Shown: positions 9,990 to 19,999 of the stretch, piece by piece
How positions within the stretch are numbered: position 1 is the stretch's first letter
How the letters are laid out: every line of letters starts with the position of its first letter
Source of the DNA: an uncultured Spirochaetota bacterium
Lineage (GTDB): Bacteria; Spirochaetota; Spirochaetia; SZUA-6; Fen-1364
Assembly (NCBI GenBank): GCA_963745235.1
Contig: CAVUXE010000053.1
Location: forward strand, 288,001 to 352,000
Direction: 5' to 3'
Length of the DNA: 64,000 nucleotides
The notes under the pieces: generated by a model
Database searches by the model: none
The model's input: the letters and a program-made list of their open reading frames with translations, nothing else
What the model was told of the DNA's origin: nothing
Made by a program: the position numbers and the translations under genes

Positions 9990-11732
9990 TCACGCTCCTC
10001 CCCACAGCCTGCGAAGCAGGTGGGCGGCCATCTTCGGCCGTCGGTCCCGCGTGAAGACGCCCTTGAGGTTCATGCCGCCGAACCGGTGGACGGCCTGGCC
10101 GGTCTTGAAGTCGGCCAGGTTCCACACGTGGTGACCGACGACCCAGGGCTTTGAGCGCAGGACCTCGATGTAGCGCTCCAGGAACTGCACCTGGTACTCC
10201 TCGGAGAACATTTCCGGCGGCTCGGCGTGCCATCCAGCCACCGTGTCTGCGCCGAACTCCGAGAGAATGATCGGCTTTCCAAACTTGGCGTGCAGGGCAT
10301 CGAGCTCCTGGGAGAGACGCGCGCATCCCTCCTCGATTCTTCCCCCCTCCGTGTACCAGCCATAGTAGCGGTTGAGGCAGAGAAGGTCGCAGAATGCAAA
10401 AGCTTCCTCGTCGGTCCCGACATGACTCACCACGGTGACGGGCCGCGACGTATCAAGAGACCTCGCAACATCTATGAGACTGCGAAGGAACGGCCCCGCG
10501 GCCGGCCTTCGCGAGTGCGGCTCATTGGCGACGCTCCAGGCGATGACAGAGGGGTGGTTCCTGTCACGCTGGATCAGGTCGCGAAGGTAGGCGGCGCACA
10601 GCTCTTGCCTTCGGTCCAGGCCTTCTTCAGCAAAGAACAGCCCGACAGCGGGAATCTCGTCGATCACGAGGAAACCCAGCCGGTCTGCAAGATCCATCAT
10701 CTCCTCGGAATAGGGATAGTGCGTCGTTCGAAAGGAGTTCGCCCCTGTCCAGCGCATGATGTCGAAGTCCCGCACGATCAGGGGCGGGAGGATGCCGCGT
10801 CCGGTGACGGGGAAATCTTCGTGTCGTCCGAACCCCTTGAGAAGAATCGGAGCGCCGTTCAGAAGCAGGCTGTCTCCGCGTACCTCCACGGTGCGGATGC
10901 CGACAGGAAGCGCATACGAATCAAATGCGGCGTCGCCGCGAAGAAGAGTGATATCGAGCTCGTAGAGGTTCGGGGATTCGCAGGACCAGAGGGAGGGGTT
11001 CCTCACGCGGACCTCCACGGCCGCTTTGCCGGAGGAAATATCCGCGTCAGCGCCGAGAATCGCGCCCTGTCCGGCCAGCGTTACCCGCGCCTTTGTCCCC
11101 TGGCCTTTGCCCGCCGCGAGCCTCACCTCCAGGGACGCCCCGGCGTCCGACAGTGATGTGTGGACTTCTATTGCCGTGAGACCGGTCCTGGGCACCAGGC
11201 AGAGACGCACGGGTCGATGAATCCCGCAGAACGGGAAAAAGTCGAAGGAACCGTTCGGATACGGGGGGGTGGAGGGAAAGCCGTCCAGGGGATTCTGCGG
11301 TACCTCGCCGGGCGGGACCCGGTCCATGGCCAGTGTCCCGTCCACGCGGACCACAAGTACGTTGCGCCCCGGCTGAACTGCTTTCGTAACATCGAAGGAA
11401 AAGGGCAGGTGACCGCCTTCGTGCTCACCGAGCTCCCTGCCGTTGAGCCAGACCTTTGCCAGGTAATTCACCGAATCGAATCTCAGGAGAAGCTGCCCTT
11501 CGCCCCATGCAGCCGGTACCGTGAATGCCGTCGAATACCAGGCCGGCCCCAGAAAATCTCGAAGCCCCGCGAGCTGATCGTTCCAGCTTGCGGGAACCGC
11601 GATAGGGACGCCGCCAGGGAAGCCCTGGCTCCAGCCCGTTCCTGTCCCGCTGTCCTGAGGGTCCGGGAGAAAATCCCAGAACCCCGACAGGTCAATGAGC
11701 TGGCGGAACTGGTTGACGCGCGGGTACAGCAT
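9990..11732 (-). CDS. uidA: Beta-glucuronidase, GH2
   Basis: WSVANEP acid/base, SEFGAD nucleophile, GUS-specific NxKG (NLKG), 'NSFRTTHYPY'. Confidence 0.9.
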   Translation of the reverse strand: MLYPRVNQFRQLIDLSGFWDFLPDPQDSGTGTGWSQGFPGGVPIAVPASWNDQLAGLRDFLGPAWYSTAFTVPAAWGEGQLLLRFDSVNYLAKVWLNGRELGEHEGGHLPFSFDVTKAVQPGRNVLVVRVDGTLAMDRVPPGEVPQNPLDGFPSTPPYPNGSFDFFPFCGIHRPVRLCLVPRTGLTAIEVHTSLSDAGASLEVRLAAGKGQGTKARVTLAGQGAILGADADISSGKAAVEVRVRNPSLWSCESPNLYELDITLLRGDAAFDSYALPVGIRTVEVRGDSLLLNGAPILLKGFGRHEDFPVTGRGILPPLIVRDFDIMRWTGANSFRTTHYPYSEEMMDLADRLGFLVIDEIPAVGLFFAEEGLDRRQELCAAYLRDLIQRDRNHPSVIAWSVANEPHSRRPAAGPFLRSLIDVARSLDTSRPVTVVSHVGTDEEAFAFCDLLCLNRYYGWYTEGGRIEEGCARLSQELDALHAKFGKPIILSEFGADTVAGWHAEPPEMFSEEYQVQFLERYIEVLRSKPWVVGHHVWNLADFKTGQAVHRFGGMNLKGVFTRDRRPKMAAHLLRRLWGGA

Positions 11733-11818
11733 CCGAATCCTCCTAAGGCCGGGGAAGGCCGGTGCGGGTGAAGGTCACCGTCGCCAGCACTCTACCACCT
11801 TCGAGAACGAGGAGGCAA

Positions 11819-11846
11819 CGATTATGGGGCGGCGATTATGGGGCGG
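11819..11846. repeat. Perfect 14-bp tandem duplication (CGATTATGGGGCGG x2)
   Basis: Copies at 11819-11832 and 11833-11846; the second spans the stop codon of the minus-strand lipoprotein gene. Confidence 0.85.
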
Positions 11847-12975
11847 GGTCCACGCCTCCCAGCAGGAAGCGTGCGCCGTTCTGAGGATCGAACGAACGGA
11901 CTGTCGGAGTGGCGTTATCCATCCAGAGGTCCGCGCCCGTGGATGTCTCGGCGCCCGCCGGAGCCGCGTCCAGGTCATAAAGGTACGTGCCACGACACGT
12001 CGCAGCGGTATTTGTGGCCAGAATGCTGCCGCCAGGATTGTACGTGGTGAACCGGAATCCCATGCCATTGTTCCCGTCTATGTTGTTGTTCGTCACCACC
12101 AGTTTGCCGTAATTGCCGCTGCTCGTGATGTACAGGAAGATCTGTCCGACCGGTATCTGGCTCCCGTTGCTGTTGTTGATTGTGCTGGACGTCATCTGTG
12201 AGCTCTCCAGCGCGATCTCCGGCCAGGTGATGGTGGCGTACGAGGTCAGGTTGTCGACCGTGTATGCGCCGTTTGACGTGACGCTGTCGATCATCTGGCC
12301 ATGAATGGCCACGGCCGCAATGGCGCCAGGCATCGCAAGCGATATTGCCCCCGAGTATTGGGTAGTGCCAGGCTGGCCAGGAACGGGAAGCGGCGCGGGA
12401 CCGGTCCCGCTTGCCGTTGTGTAGTAGATCGTGGAACCCGCCGTTGCCGACGAGAGGGTTACACTCACGGGAGTCCTGACGTAGGCCCCGGCGGGAGGAC
12501 TCAAGACGGGCGCAGCCGCCTGCGGATACTGCACTGTCACCTTTGCACTCGATACCGTGCTTGGCATCATGTTCGGGCCAATGGCAATTGCCTTGATGGT
12601 CATGGCAATTGAAGAATTGGAGACCGTCGGGCTGGCCAGGGAAACCGTTATGCTGGAGGAATACTTGTTCGTCGTGGAGGAGCGCGGGTCGGGGTTCGAC
12701 CCATCCGTGGTGTAGTAGATCACCGAGCCCACCGTGCTCGTCTGAAGAGTGATCTGCGTGTCAGCCGTGGTTGTGGCAGTCCCTCCGCTTTGAAGCGTAC
12801 CGCTTCCGCCGCTCGAGGAGTAGGAAACGCCTGGCGCAGCAGTGATGGACGGAGTTGACGGGTCCACCGTTCCCGAGTTGCCCGACCATCCCTGGCGTGT
12901 GTACTGGAACGGCTGTGGACATCCGATGACGGCCGCCAGGAACGCAAGGGCAATCAGGCCCCGCAGCGCCCGCAC
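11836..12975 (-). CDS. Lipoprotein A: two CHB_HEX_C/Fn3-associated Ig-like repeats plus unique C-terminal domain
   Basis: Lipobox AVIG-C; 'IYYTTDGS' repeats; start probably GTG 12975 (ORF open to 13029). Confidence 0.75.
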   Translation of the reverse strand: MRALRGLIALAFLAAVIGCPQPFQYTRQGWSGNSGTVDPSTPSITAAPGVSYSSSGGSGTLQSGGTATTTADTQITLQTSTVGSVIYYTTDGSNPDPRSSTTNKYSSSITVSLASPTVSNSSIAMTIKAIAIGPNMMPSTVSSAKVTVQYPQAAAPVLSPPAGAYVRTPVSVTLSSATAGSTIYYTTASGTGPAPLPVPGQPGTTQYSGAISLAMPGAIAAVAIHGQMIDSVTSNGAYTVDNLTSYATITWPEIALESSQMTSSTINNSNGSQIPVGQIFLYITSSGNYGKLVVTNNNIDGNNGMGFRFTTYNPGGSILATNTAATCRGTYLYDLDAAPAGAETSTGADLWMDNATPTVRSFDPQNGARFLLGGVDPAP

Positions 12976-13088
12976 TGCTGTGCGTTTCTCAGGAGGGATG
13001 TCGGTCGTTGACCTGCACATTTCTTCCATATTAAGACCGCCGCTGCGATTATTGTATTGTATCCCGGCGCGCGCGGGAATTCCACTAA

Positions 13089-13640
13089 TTAGTGCGGGTT
13101 TGCCGGCGGATCACCGACCTGCGAGGCCGGAAACACCGGCCCTTCGGCGGGGGAAAGGAGGAATACCGTGGCGCCGGCCGGGACCTCCATCGGTCCATCC
13201 CGAGCCCCGTTCACCACGACACGCCCGGATTCCGCGGTCAACGCTCCGTCCCTCAGGGCGGCTGAGCCGTTCTCGATATGAATTACCATCCCTCGAAACT
13301 GGATCTCGTAGACAACGCTCCCGGAATCCACCTTCACGCCGCCGGATTCCAGTGACAGCCGAACCGCTGCAGGCCCCACGTCGAGCACCGTGAGATGGGT
13401 GAGCTGCTCGACGGTCACGACGCTGTCGTTGTACCCCAGCGTCGCGGTTGCGGCGAGCCAGGAGGTCACAACGGCGCCGGCCGGCAGCTGTCGCCCGACG
13501 ACCGCCTGGCGCCATCCCAGGTTCGTGAGGAGAGCTTCCACGAACCCGTTGGATTGCTGGACTTCGAGGACCAGGTCCTGGGCGCCCGCCGACGAAAGCC
13601 CGACCAGCAGGACCGAGGCAGCGATTGCGAGCATTTTCAC
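13089..13640 (-). CDS. Secreted FecR-like beta-domain protein
   Basis: Signal peptide; 'GFVE...W..AVVG..L..G.VV.S....ATL...S.V.V...T.L.V' pattern resembles the FecR domain; GTGA coupling. Confidence 0.55.
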   Translation of the reverse strand: MKMLAIAASVLLVGLSSAGAQDLVLEVQQSNGFVEALLTNLGWRQAVVGRQLPAGAVVTSWLAATATLGYNDSVVTVEQLTHLTVLDVGPAAVRLSLESGGVKVDSGSVVYEIQFRGMVIHIENGSAALRDGALTAESGRVVVNGARDGPMEVPAGATVFLLSPAEGPVFPASQVGDPPANPH

Positions 13641-14905
13641 AGGGACATCCCGGCTTCCAGCCGAAGGTACGGGAGGATCATGGTTGCCGCGATCAACGCC
13701 CCGCCGCGGGCCTGGAGGCGAATGCCGTCCATGGGCGAAAGTCCGGCGGAAACCTCCAGCTCCGTGCCCACGTAGGGCCCCCCGAGGGAAAAACTGTACG
13801 CAGGAGACTGCGACTCGCTGGGACGCAGGAGCAGGCGGGTGGTGAAAGCCGGAAGAAGGACTGCACTCGCGGGGGCCGCCGGCAAGGCCGCATCGATCCC
13901 CAGCTCCAGACGAACGATGTCGCTCAGGCCGACGGAGTAGGAATCACTCACGGGAGGTCCCGCAAGGGCCGGGAATCCCGCAAGCGGCCCGCCCGGGCTG
14001 CTTGCCCAGAGCACTGAGAACCATGCCTCGTGGAGGAAGCTGACGGGGACCCGCCAGGCAACCAGCTCCCGAATCAGGAGGCCCACGCCCGCCGACGCCG
14101 CGGAAGGCACCGCGACACCTGTGACGAGCGCGCTTTCCTGGCGGAACCCCTGCGCAATGGGTCCGCTTACCTGCAGCCCGGCATACCAGCTGTCGAACGT
14201 GGAAGAGCCGCCGCGGAAGTCCTTCTGGCCGATCCCGAACAGGCCGATCCGCTGCCCGGCGAACGGGTTGTCCGTCTCCAGGCGCAGGACAGCCAGGCCC
14301 CGCGGAGGGGCGAAGTAGATCGAGCTGTCGGCAAGATCCGCTTCGTCCTGCGCCGTGAAGAGGATGCGGTTCAGCCGCTTGTCCAGAAGCCCCAGGTATC
14401 CGACGCCGAGGGAACCGTAGAAGCCCTGGAACCGGGCTTCGAACATGAGGCCGTCAGCGAGCTGGCTCGGGTAGAGGGCCGTCGGGTTGTCCAGAAGAAG
14501 CCCCGTGGGCTCATCCAGGGGAATCCGGCCCGCGCTGGCGCGAAGCCACAACCCGATGAGCCGGGGCGGCGGAAGCTCGAAGGTGATCCGGCTCACCGTC
14601 GGGTAGGCGGTCACCGCCGCGACAGAGGGCGAGCCGGATGCAATCTGCTGCGGCGCGTAGCGCAGCTGACCGCTCAGCGAGTAGCTCATGAGCCCGCGCC
14701 CGGCCGCGTGGGCAACCTCGAAGCCCAGGGAGAACGCGTCCTGGGAGTCAATGGCAGGCCCGGCGCCTGCGCTGGCCAACGTGCCAATTGTCTGAAGCGA
14801 TGCGCCCCAGCCGAAAGTCGGCTGCGCTTGCGCAGCCGCAACGGCGGCCGGCAGCGCAAGGAGCAGCAAGGGAAGGCAGTGCCGGCGGAAAGACCCCGCG
14901 CTCAC
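13637..14905 (-). CDS. Predicted outer-membrane beta-barrel protein, function unknown
   Basis: Signal peptide; alternating hydrophobic strands throughout; terminal strand YLRLEAGMSL. Confidence 0.55.
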   Translation of the reverse strand: MSAGSFRRHCLPLLLLALPAAVAAAQAQPTFGWGASLQTIGTLASAGAGPAIDSQDAFSLGFEVAHAAGRGLMSYSLSGQLRYAPQQIASGSPSVAAVTAYPTVSRITFELPPPRLIGLWLRASAGRIPLDEPTGLLLDNPTALYPSQLADGLMFEARFQGFYGSLGVGYLGLLDKRLNRILFTAQDEADLADSSIYFAPPRGLAVLRLETDNPFAGQRIGLFGIGQKDFRGGSSTFDSWYAGLQVSGPIAQGFRQESALVTGVAVPSAASAGVGLLIRELVAWRVPVSFLHEAWFSVLWASSPGGPLAGFPALAGPPVSDSYSVGLSDIVRLELGIDAALPAAPASAVLLPAFTTRLLLRPSESQSPAYSFSLGGPYVGTELEVSAGLSPMDGIRLQARGGALIAATMILPYLRLEAGMSL

Positions 14906-15348
14906 CGTTTCTCCTCGACTACTCGACGCAGGAGCATGAGGGCATCCACACCGCTTACCGGGTTGCCGGGCCGGGCGCGCCGCGGGATCAGGCCCCGGGC
15001 CTGGAGCTCGTCGAACGCCGAACGGGGTCCCGGGAAAAGGCCATACGCTACGCTGCCGCGCAGGTCGAAGAGCTGGGTGATCAGAAACGCATAGCCGCCA
15101 TACGTGATGGGTGATTCGTCAGGGGCAGACGGAAGCCGTATTCCGAGCTTCTGGAGCGTTGTCCTGGCTTCTTCTGGACTGATCTCCGGACGGAGGCTGC
15201 CGGATGTCGCGCCGACCAGCCGGATCGAGCTCCCGATGGTAAGCCATTCCTCCCCCGCTGCCGTATGCAGGATTGTGCCGTACTGTGCGAAGAGATTGGC
15301 GCTGACTGCGGTGAGGAGAGCGACCACGGCGAGCACGACACGCTTCAT
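14902..15348 (-). CDS. Small secreted protein, weakly SLH-like
   Basis: Signal peptide (..LFA-Q); 'PITYGGYAFLI' and 'VSGVDALMLLRR' resemble S-layer-homology helices. Confidence 0.5.
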   Translation of the reverse strand: MKRVVLAVVALLTAVSANLFAQYGTILHTAAGEEWLTIGSSIRLVGATSGSLRPEISPEEARTTLQKLGIRLPSAPDESPITYGGYAFLITQLFDLRGSVAYGLFPGPRSAFDELQARGLIPRRARPGNPVSGVDALMLLRRVVEEKR

Positions 15349-15449
15349 CCGCGGCAGTGTATCCCGGAGCTTTTCTTTTCGCAACCAGCGGCTCTGTTTG
15401 ACTCCGGTGGCCTATTCCAGTACAACTTATGAGAAGGGAGCGGAGGGAC

Positions 15450-17636
15450 ATGGCGGACAAGCGCGCGGATTTTCCCGCCCTCGACAACGAGGCGGGCATC
15501 ACTCCAGTCGAACGGGATGAGATCAGGACGCACATCGAGAAAGTCGCCACGGAAAACCGCATCCCGGTCGAGGCGGCGCAGTTCTCCCTCACCGGTGCCC
15601 GACGCGGCCTCCTCCTTCCTTTCATCGTGAACGCCGGCGCCGCCGTGGTGATCGTGGCGGTCATTCTGGTGATCACTCTGGTATTCCACAGGGACGAGCG
15701 AAGGCTGCAGACGCAGGCCACGCAGTATGCCAGCGTGGAGGGGAAGCTCATCCGTGAGCTCCGCCAGCAGTCCACGCAGGAGCTGAGCTCGAAAGAGAGG
15801 GAGATCGAGGAGGTCAGAAACAAGGTCCGCGAGCTGGAGCAGCAGCAGAAGACCCTCGCAGAAACCTATGCGCAGAAGCTGAAGGCAAAAGAAGAGGAGC
15901 TGCGCCAGAAGCAGTCCCAGGACATAGTAACGGAGCGCGCCCGGCTGGTCTCGCAGGGGGTGAGCACGAACGACCTGCAGGTCCGCATGGCGAAGTTCGA
16001 AGCCGAGCGCAAGGCCTACTACGAGCAGCAGCTTGCCGAATACAGAAAGAGCCTGGACGCGGAGCGGGCGCAGTTGGCGGCGGACATCATCCGCCTGCGC
16101 GCGGAGTACGCAACCCGACTCCAGCAGCTGGAGAAAGAGCGGCTCCAGATCGCGACTGACTACCAGCAGCGGGAGACAGCCCTTCGCGTCCAGCTGGAGC
16201 AGAAGACCCAGGTGCTTGAGCGGTTGCGGTCGCAGGGCAGCGTCAACCTCGGGGCCGCTCAGCGGGAGCTGGAGCAGCTGGGGCAGAAGCAGGAGAGCGT
16301 CCAGGCGGTGGAGAACCAGATCGACGGCCAGATCGGACGTATCAACCAGGACATCGGCGCCGGCCAGACCGACGCCGCCCTCAGCGAGGTGCGCGCCCTC
16401 CAGGCCTATCTACGACAGGGAAGTGTCCGCTCGGTTCCGCAGCTCGCAGACAGGGTCACCTCTGAATCCTTCCTCCTTGAGCAGCTCGGGACCTTCCTGG
16501 AGGATCGCCTGAAGGCTCAGTCCCAGTCTACCGGTCAACCCCTCACGGCCGAGCTGGAGCAGCTCGGGAAGATCCACACCCTTTCCCAGCAGGCCGCCGC
16601 AGCCGCCGGCCCCGCCCGGCTTGACGCGTATCGCCAGCTGGTTGCTTCCCTGCCGGAGATGCAGAGCGCAACGTCCGCGCTCGTGGATGCCGCGGTCTCT
16701 CTGGCCGCGGACGATCTGCAGAAGAAAATGCATGACGAAACGGAAAAGAACACGACGGCGGCTGTCTCCCTGATGAGGACCGGCGACTATGCAGGCGCCC
16801 TTGACCAGTACAAGGCGGCCCTCAATGATACCCCGGCCCTCGCCCCGGAATCCTCGCGGCTTCTCACGGACCTCCTCTTCCTCGGGTACCACATCTCCGA
16901 CTACACGCGCACCGGCCAGAAGACAGCCGGCACGGATGAGCTGGCCGCCCAGGCGGGCATTGACCTGCAGGCCGAACGCGAGGCGTTTCTCAAGGCCACC
17001 GGAAGCGCGGTTGGCGAGCAGGCGGCGAACGCACGCGCCGCGGCGGACCAGCAGGTCACCGCTGCCGCGGCCACAGAGGAGCAGAAGCTGAGAAGCCAGC
17101 TGGCTGACGCGCAGTCGCACATTTCCCGGCTGGAGGCGCAGCGGACCCAGGCAGACGCGCAGCACTCCGCGGAGATCGACGCGATTGCAGCGCACCTGAA
17201 GACGACCCGCCAGGACCTCTCGCGCCGCCTGGATGACCTTCTGGCCTTCGAGGGCGAGGTGAATGCCGCCCGCGCGGCGTATACGACATACGTGGCGCAG
17301 GAGAAAACAGCGCGGTCCGCAAACCCGCAGGACCCGGCCACCGCCTCGCGACAGGAGCTCAACAAGTTCCTTCGGGCCCAGCCCGTGCGCACCCTCTTCT
17401 CCGACGTGGCGGACAGGGTCAACGCGCTGTACTCCGTGACGCAGAGCGCCGGGTCCACCGCCGCGCTCGCCGACGCCGCTGACATCATCACGAACGTGGC
17501 CAGACAGCCGACGCTCAAGGCAAGCAGGCAGGAGCTGCAGTTCGAGATCCAGAACGCGCAGAGCAACGACCGCCTGGCCGCCATCCTGACCGCCGTTGAC
17601 GGAGTGCTCGCAAAGGCGCAGGGCAAGAGTCAGTAG
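15450..17636 (+). CDS. Single-TM membrane-anchored long coiled-coil protein
   Basis: GGAGG RBS; one hydrophobic helix (LLLPFIVNAGAAVVIVAVILVITLVF); about 650 aa of E/Q/A/L/R-rich heptads with a TPR-like segment (GDYAGALDQYKAAL). Confidence 0.75.
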   Translation: MADKRADFPALDNEAGITPVERDEIRTHIEKVATENRIPVEAAQFSLTGARRGLLLPFIVNAGAAVVIVAVILVITLVFHRDERRLQTQATQYASVEGKLIRELRQQSTQELSSKEREIEEVRNKVRELEQQQKTLAETYAQKLKAKEEELRQKQSQDIVTERARLVSQGVSTNDLQVRMAKFEAERKAYYEQQLAEYRKSLDAERAQLAADIIRLRAEYATRLQQLEKERLQIATDYQQRETALRVQLEQKTQVLERLRSQGSVNLGAAQRELEQLGQKQESVQAVENQIDGQIGRINQDIGAGQTDAALSEVRALQAYLRQGSVRSVPQLADRVTSESFLLEQLGTFLEDRLKAQSQSTGQPLTAELEQLGKIHTLSQQAAAAAGPARLDAYRQLVASLPEMQSATSALVDAAVSLAADDLQKKMHDETEKNTTAAVSLMRTGDYAGALDQYKAALNDTPALAPESSRLLTDLLFLGYHISDYTRTGQKTAGTDELAAQAGIDLQAEREAFLKATGSAVGEQAANARAAADQQVTAAAATEEQKLRSQLADAQSHISRLEAQRTQADAQHSAEIDAIAAHLKTTRQDLSRRLDDLLAFEGEVNAARAAYTTYVAQEKTARSANPQDPATASRQELNKFLRAQPVRTLFSDVADRVNALYSVTQSAGSTAALADAADIITNVARQPTLKASRQELQFEIQNAQSNDRLAAILTAVDGVLAKAQGKSQ

Positions 17637-17651
17637 AGGCGGGGCGCGTTT

Positions 17652-18914
17652 CTAGAAGTCCAGCCTCAGTCCCAGGTACACGTTGCGCAGGTCGAAGAGC
17701 CCCCACGGCAGGATGATGTACCCCGGCACCTGCCCGCTGGGGAAGCTGTTGGCAACGAAGGACAGGTTGATGAACTGCTGCGGGTTGGACGCGAGGATGA
17801 AGGCCGGCTGGTAGTCGGCCACGAACCGCAGACGCCGGGAAGGCGAGTACTCCGCGCCAAGGCTGAGAGTGATGGCGCCCGGCGCAGCCTGCGTGTCGAT
17901 GGCAAAGCTGGGCGCGGGGGGATGTGAGAACCGCAGGTATCCCCCCGCCGCCACGAAGAAGCGAAGCAGGCTCTCCGCCGGAGACACGTACAGGCCGACG
18001 TCCAGTCCCGCCTGGCTCAACGGGGAACCGACCACGACGACGCTCGGCGAGTTGTCAATGGGATAGAATCCGAACAGCTCCGTGGTGACGCCAAGACGCA
18101 CGAAGACCTGCGCAGGCAGGACATACCACCAGAAGCGCACCCCGGGGAACTGGAAGCTGCTCAGCGCGACCTCGGTCCCGAAGCGCGGCTTGGCCACCTG
18201 GTTGAGGCTGAGGGAGACCGGCTCGATCCCCAGGAACAGGGGCTGATCCACGTCATAGTACCCACCGGCTCGGGCTTTCATCGTGAACGAGGAGGGGTAG
18301 GGGATCTTCTGCTCCAGCGTGCCGCTCTTGTCGATGCGATAGGGTCCGCCGGGAACGCCGGTCAGCTCGGTGCCGGGCACACCGTGCACCGTGAGGGTGG
18401 TCACGTCAACGATGCGGCTGTACGAGGTCTTGATAGTCTCCACCATCTTGTCCCAGAACCCGTGGGAAATGGTGCGGGAGTCAACGACAAAGCCGGGGCG
18501 GATGATCTGCGAGCCGAATGCCTGCTGACGGAGGATGTCGTAGGTCTCCACCTGGATGGTGAGATTGCTGAATCCACCGCTTTCCGACACGGCAAGCCAG
18601 CAGTCGGCGTTGATGCGCCTCGCGAGCTCTTCTTTCGCCTCGGGAGTCTGCGGCACCGTCTCGTCCGGGGATTCCAGGAGGACGACGTCGGGGTTTGCTT
18701 CCGTGGCTGCCGCCAGGATGGAGTTGTAGAGAAGGAACCTTTCCGTCGTCGAAAGAGTGCCCGGCTCCGCGTCGAACAGGTAGATCATGAACCGCGGCCT
18801 CCCGAACGCCGTCGAGGTGGAGGCTTGCGTGTTCTCCTGCGCCTGCTGCGCTCCCGCGGCAACCGCGCACAGAGAGAGGAGGAGCAGGGAAAGGCCCGGC
18901 CAGCGCCGCTTCAC
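17652..18914 (-). CDS. Predicted outer-membrane protein: alpha/beta N-domain, PEGA-like middle, C-terminal small barrel
   Basis: Signal peptide; 'KARAGGYYD' PEGA-like motif; C-terminal beta-signal YLGLRLDF; TAGTG coupling. Confidence 0.6.
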   Translation of the reverse strand: MKRRWPGLSLLLLSLCAVAAGAQQAQENTQASTSTAFGRPRFMIYLFDAEPGTLSTTERFLLYNSILAAATEANPDVVLLESPDETVPQTPEAKEELARRINADCWLAVSESGGFSNLTIQVETYDILRQQAFGSQIIRPGFVVDSRTISHGFWDKMVETIKTSYSRIVDVTTLTVHGVPGTELTGVPGGPYRIDKSGTLEQKIPYPSSFTMKARAGGYYDVDQPLFLGIEPVSLSLNQVAKPRFGTEVALSSFQFPGVRFWWYVLPAQVFVRLGVTTELFGFYPIDNSPSVVVVGSPLSQAGLDVGLYVSPAESLLRFFVAAGGYLRFSHPPAPSFAIDTQAAPGAITLSLGAEYSPSRRLRFVADYQPAFILASNPQQFINLSFVANSFPSGQVPGYIILPWGLFDLRNVYLGLRLDF

Positions 18915-19999
18915 TACCACCACCTCCTGTAGCGCGTGAGGATGCGCGAGGCGGGGTCGAAGCGGTACATGTATTGATTCAGCCCGGCCGTCTGCGGAAT
19001 GAGGAAAGCGTAGTGCCTGCTGAGGGAACGGTCACCGACGATCTGCAGCGGGCTCCCGAGCCATGCCAGGGCGCCCGTGGGCGTCCAGGTGTACCGCGTC
19101 ATCCATCCGTCCCGCTGGACCATGAAGATTCCCCCGGCATCCGCGGACAGCTGGGGCCTGTCCACCGTCACCGCCAGGGGCCATGCACCCGCCCCGACCG
19201 GCCAGCTCGGTGCGCCTGGCAGCAGCACGGCGGTGCCGGTGGTGGCGGCAGCACCCGTCATCCGTGCAGCGAGGATCCGGCCCTGGGCCGGCTCGGAAAA
19301 GACAAAGGTGATTTCATCCGTGGCGCTGTCGTACGAAAGCCCCAGGAGCTGGTATCCGAGGTTCGCATAGTTCGGGTCCGACGTGGAGGGGCGGGAAGCC
19401 GAGGGGATGATGGCAAGCGCGCCCTGGGTTACAATCGTCCAGGTCGGGTTGTTGTAGATGGTGTAGTTGAGGTCAAAGCTCCCATATTGACCGGCCGGAG
19501 TCGCAAAAACATACGTATAGGGCCCAGTCGGCACGATAAACGCGAACCCTCCCAGGGGAGGGGGCGGGTTGAGCGAGCCGACGGAAGTGGCGCCGCCGTT
19601 CGGGCTGAGAACCATGTATCCGGTCAGGACATTGCCGTCATGCGCGTACGCGTAGGGCCTGCTGAAGTAATCAAGCGTGGTGGGGGTGCCCGCAGTGCCG
19701 AGGACGTTGAGGTCCTGGTCCATGAAGATGAGCTTTCCCTTGTAGTTGAATCCGAGGGAGGGGTCGCTGGAGGGCGGCTCCACGAGGAGAAGAACGCGCG
19801 GGGACAGCCCTGCCGTGTCCACCACCTCCAGGTCATACGTGACCGGAGAGGCGCCCCCGGTGATTGCGTCCACGCGGCTGCCCAGGTCAATCGAAATGTC
19901 AGTCTTGTCGACGAACCCGGGAAACGGACTGACGGTGAACAACTCGCACCCGGCCAGCAGGATGAGAGGGAGCAGAAGGGCGGACCGCCGGGTCACCAT
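18914..19999 (-). CDS. Lipoprotein C, all-beta, function unknown
   Basis: Lipobox LLAG-C after MVTRR; overlaps both neighbouring genes. Confidence 0.7.
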   Translation of the reverse strand: MVTRRSALLLPLILLAGCELFTVSPFPGFVDKTDISIDLGSRVDAITGGASPVTYDLEVVDTAGLSPRVLLLVEPPSSDPSLGFNYKGKLIFMDQDLNVLGTAGTPTTLDYFSRPYAYAHDGNVLTGYMVLSPNGGATSVGSLNPPPPLGGFAFIVPTGPYTYVFATPAGQYGSFDLNYTIYNNPTWTIVTQGALAIIPSASRPSTSDPNYANLGYQLLGLSYDSATDEITFVFSEPAQGRILAARMTGAAATTGTAVLLPGAPSWPVGAGAWPLAVTVDRPQLSADAGGIFMVQRDGWMTRYTWTPTGALAWLGSPLQIVGDRSLSRHYAFLIPQTAGLNQYMYRFDPASRILTRYRRWW

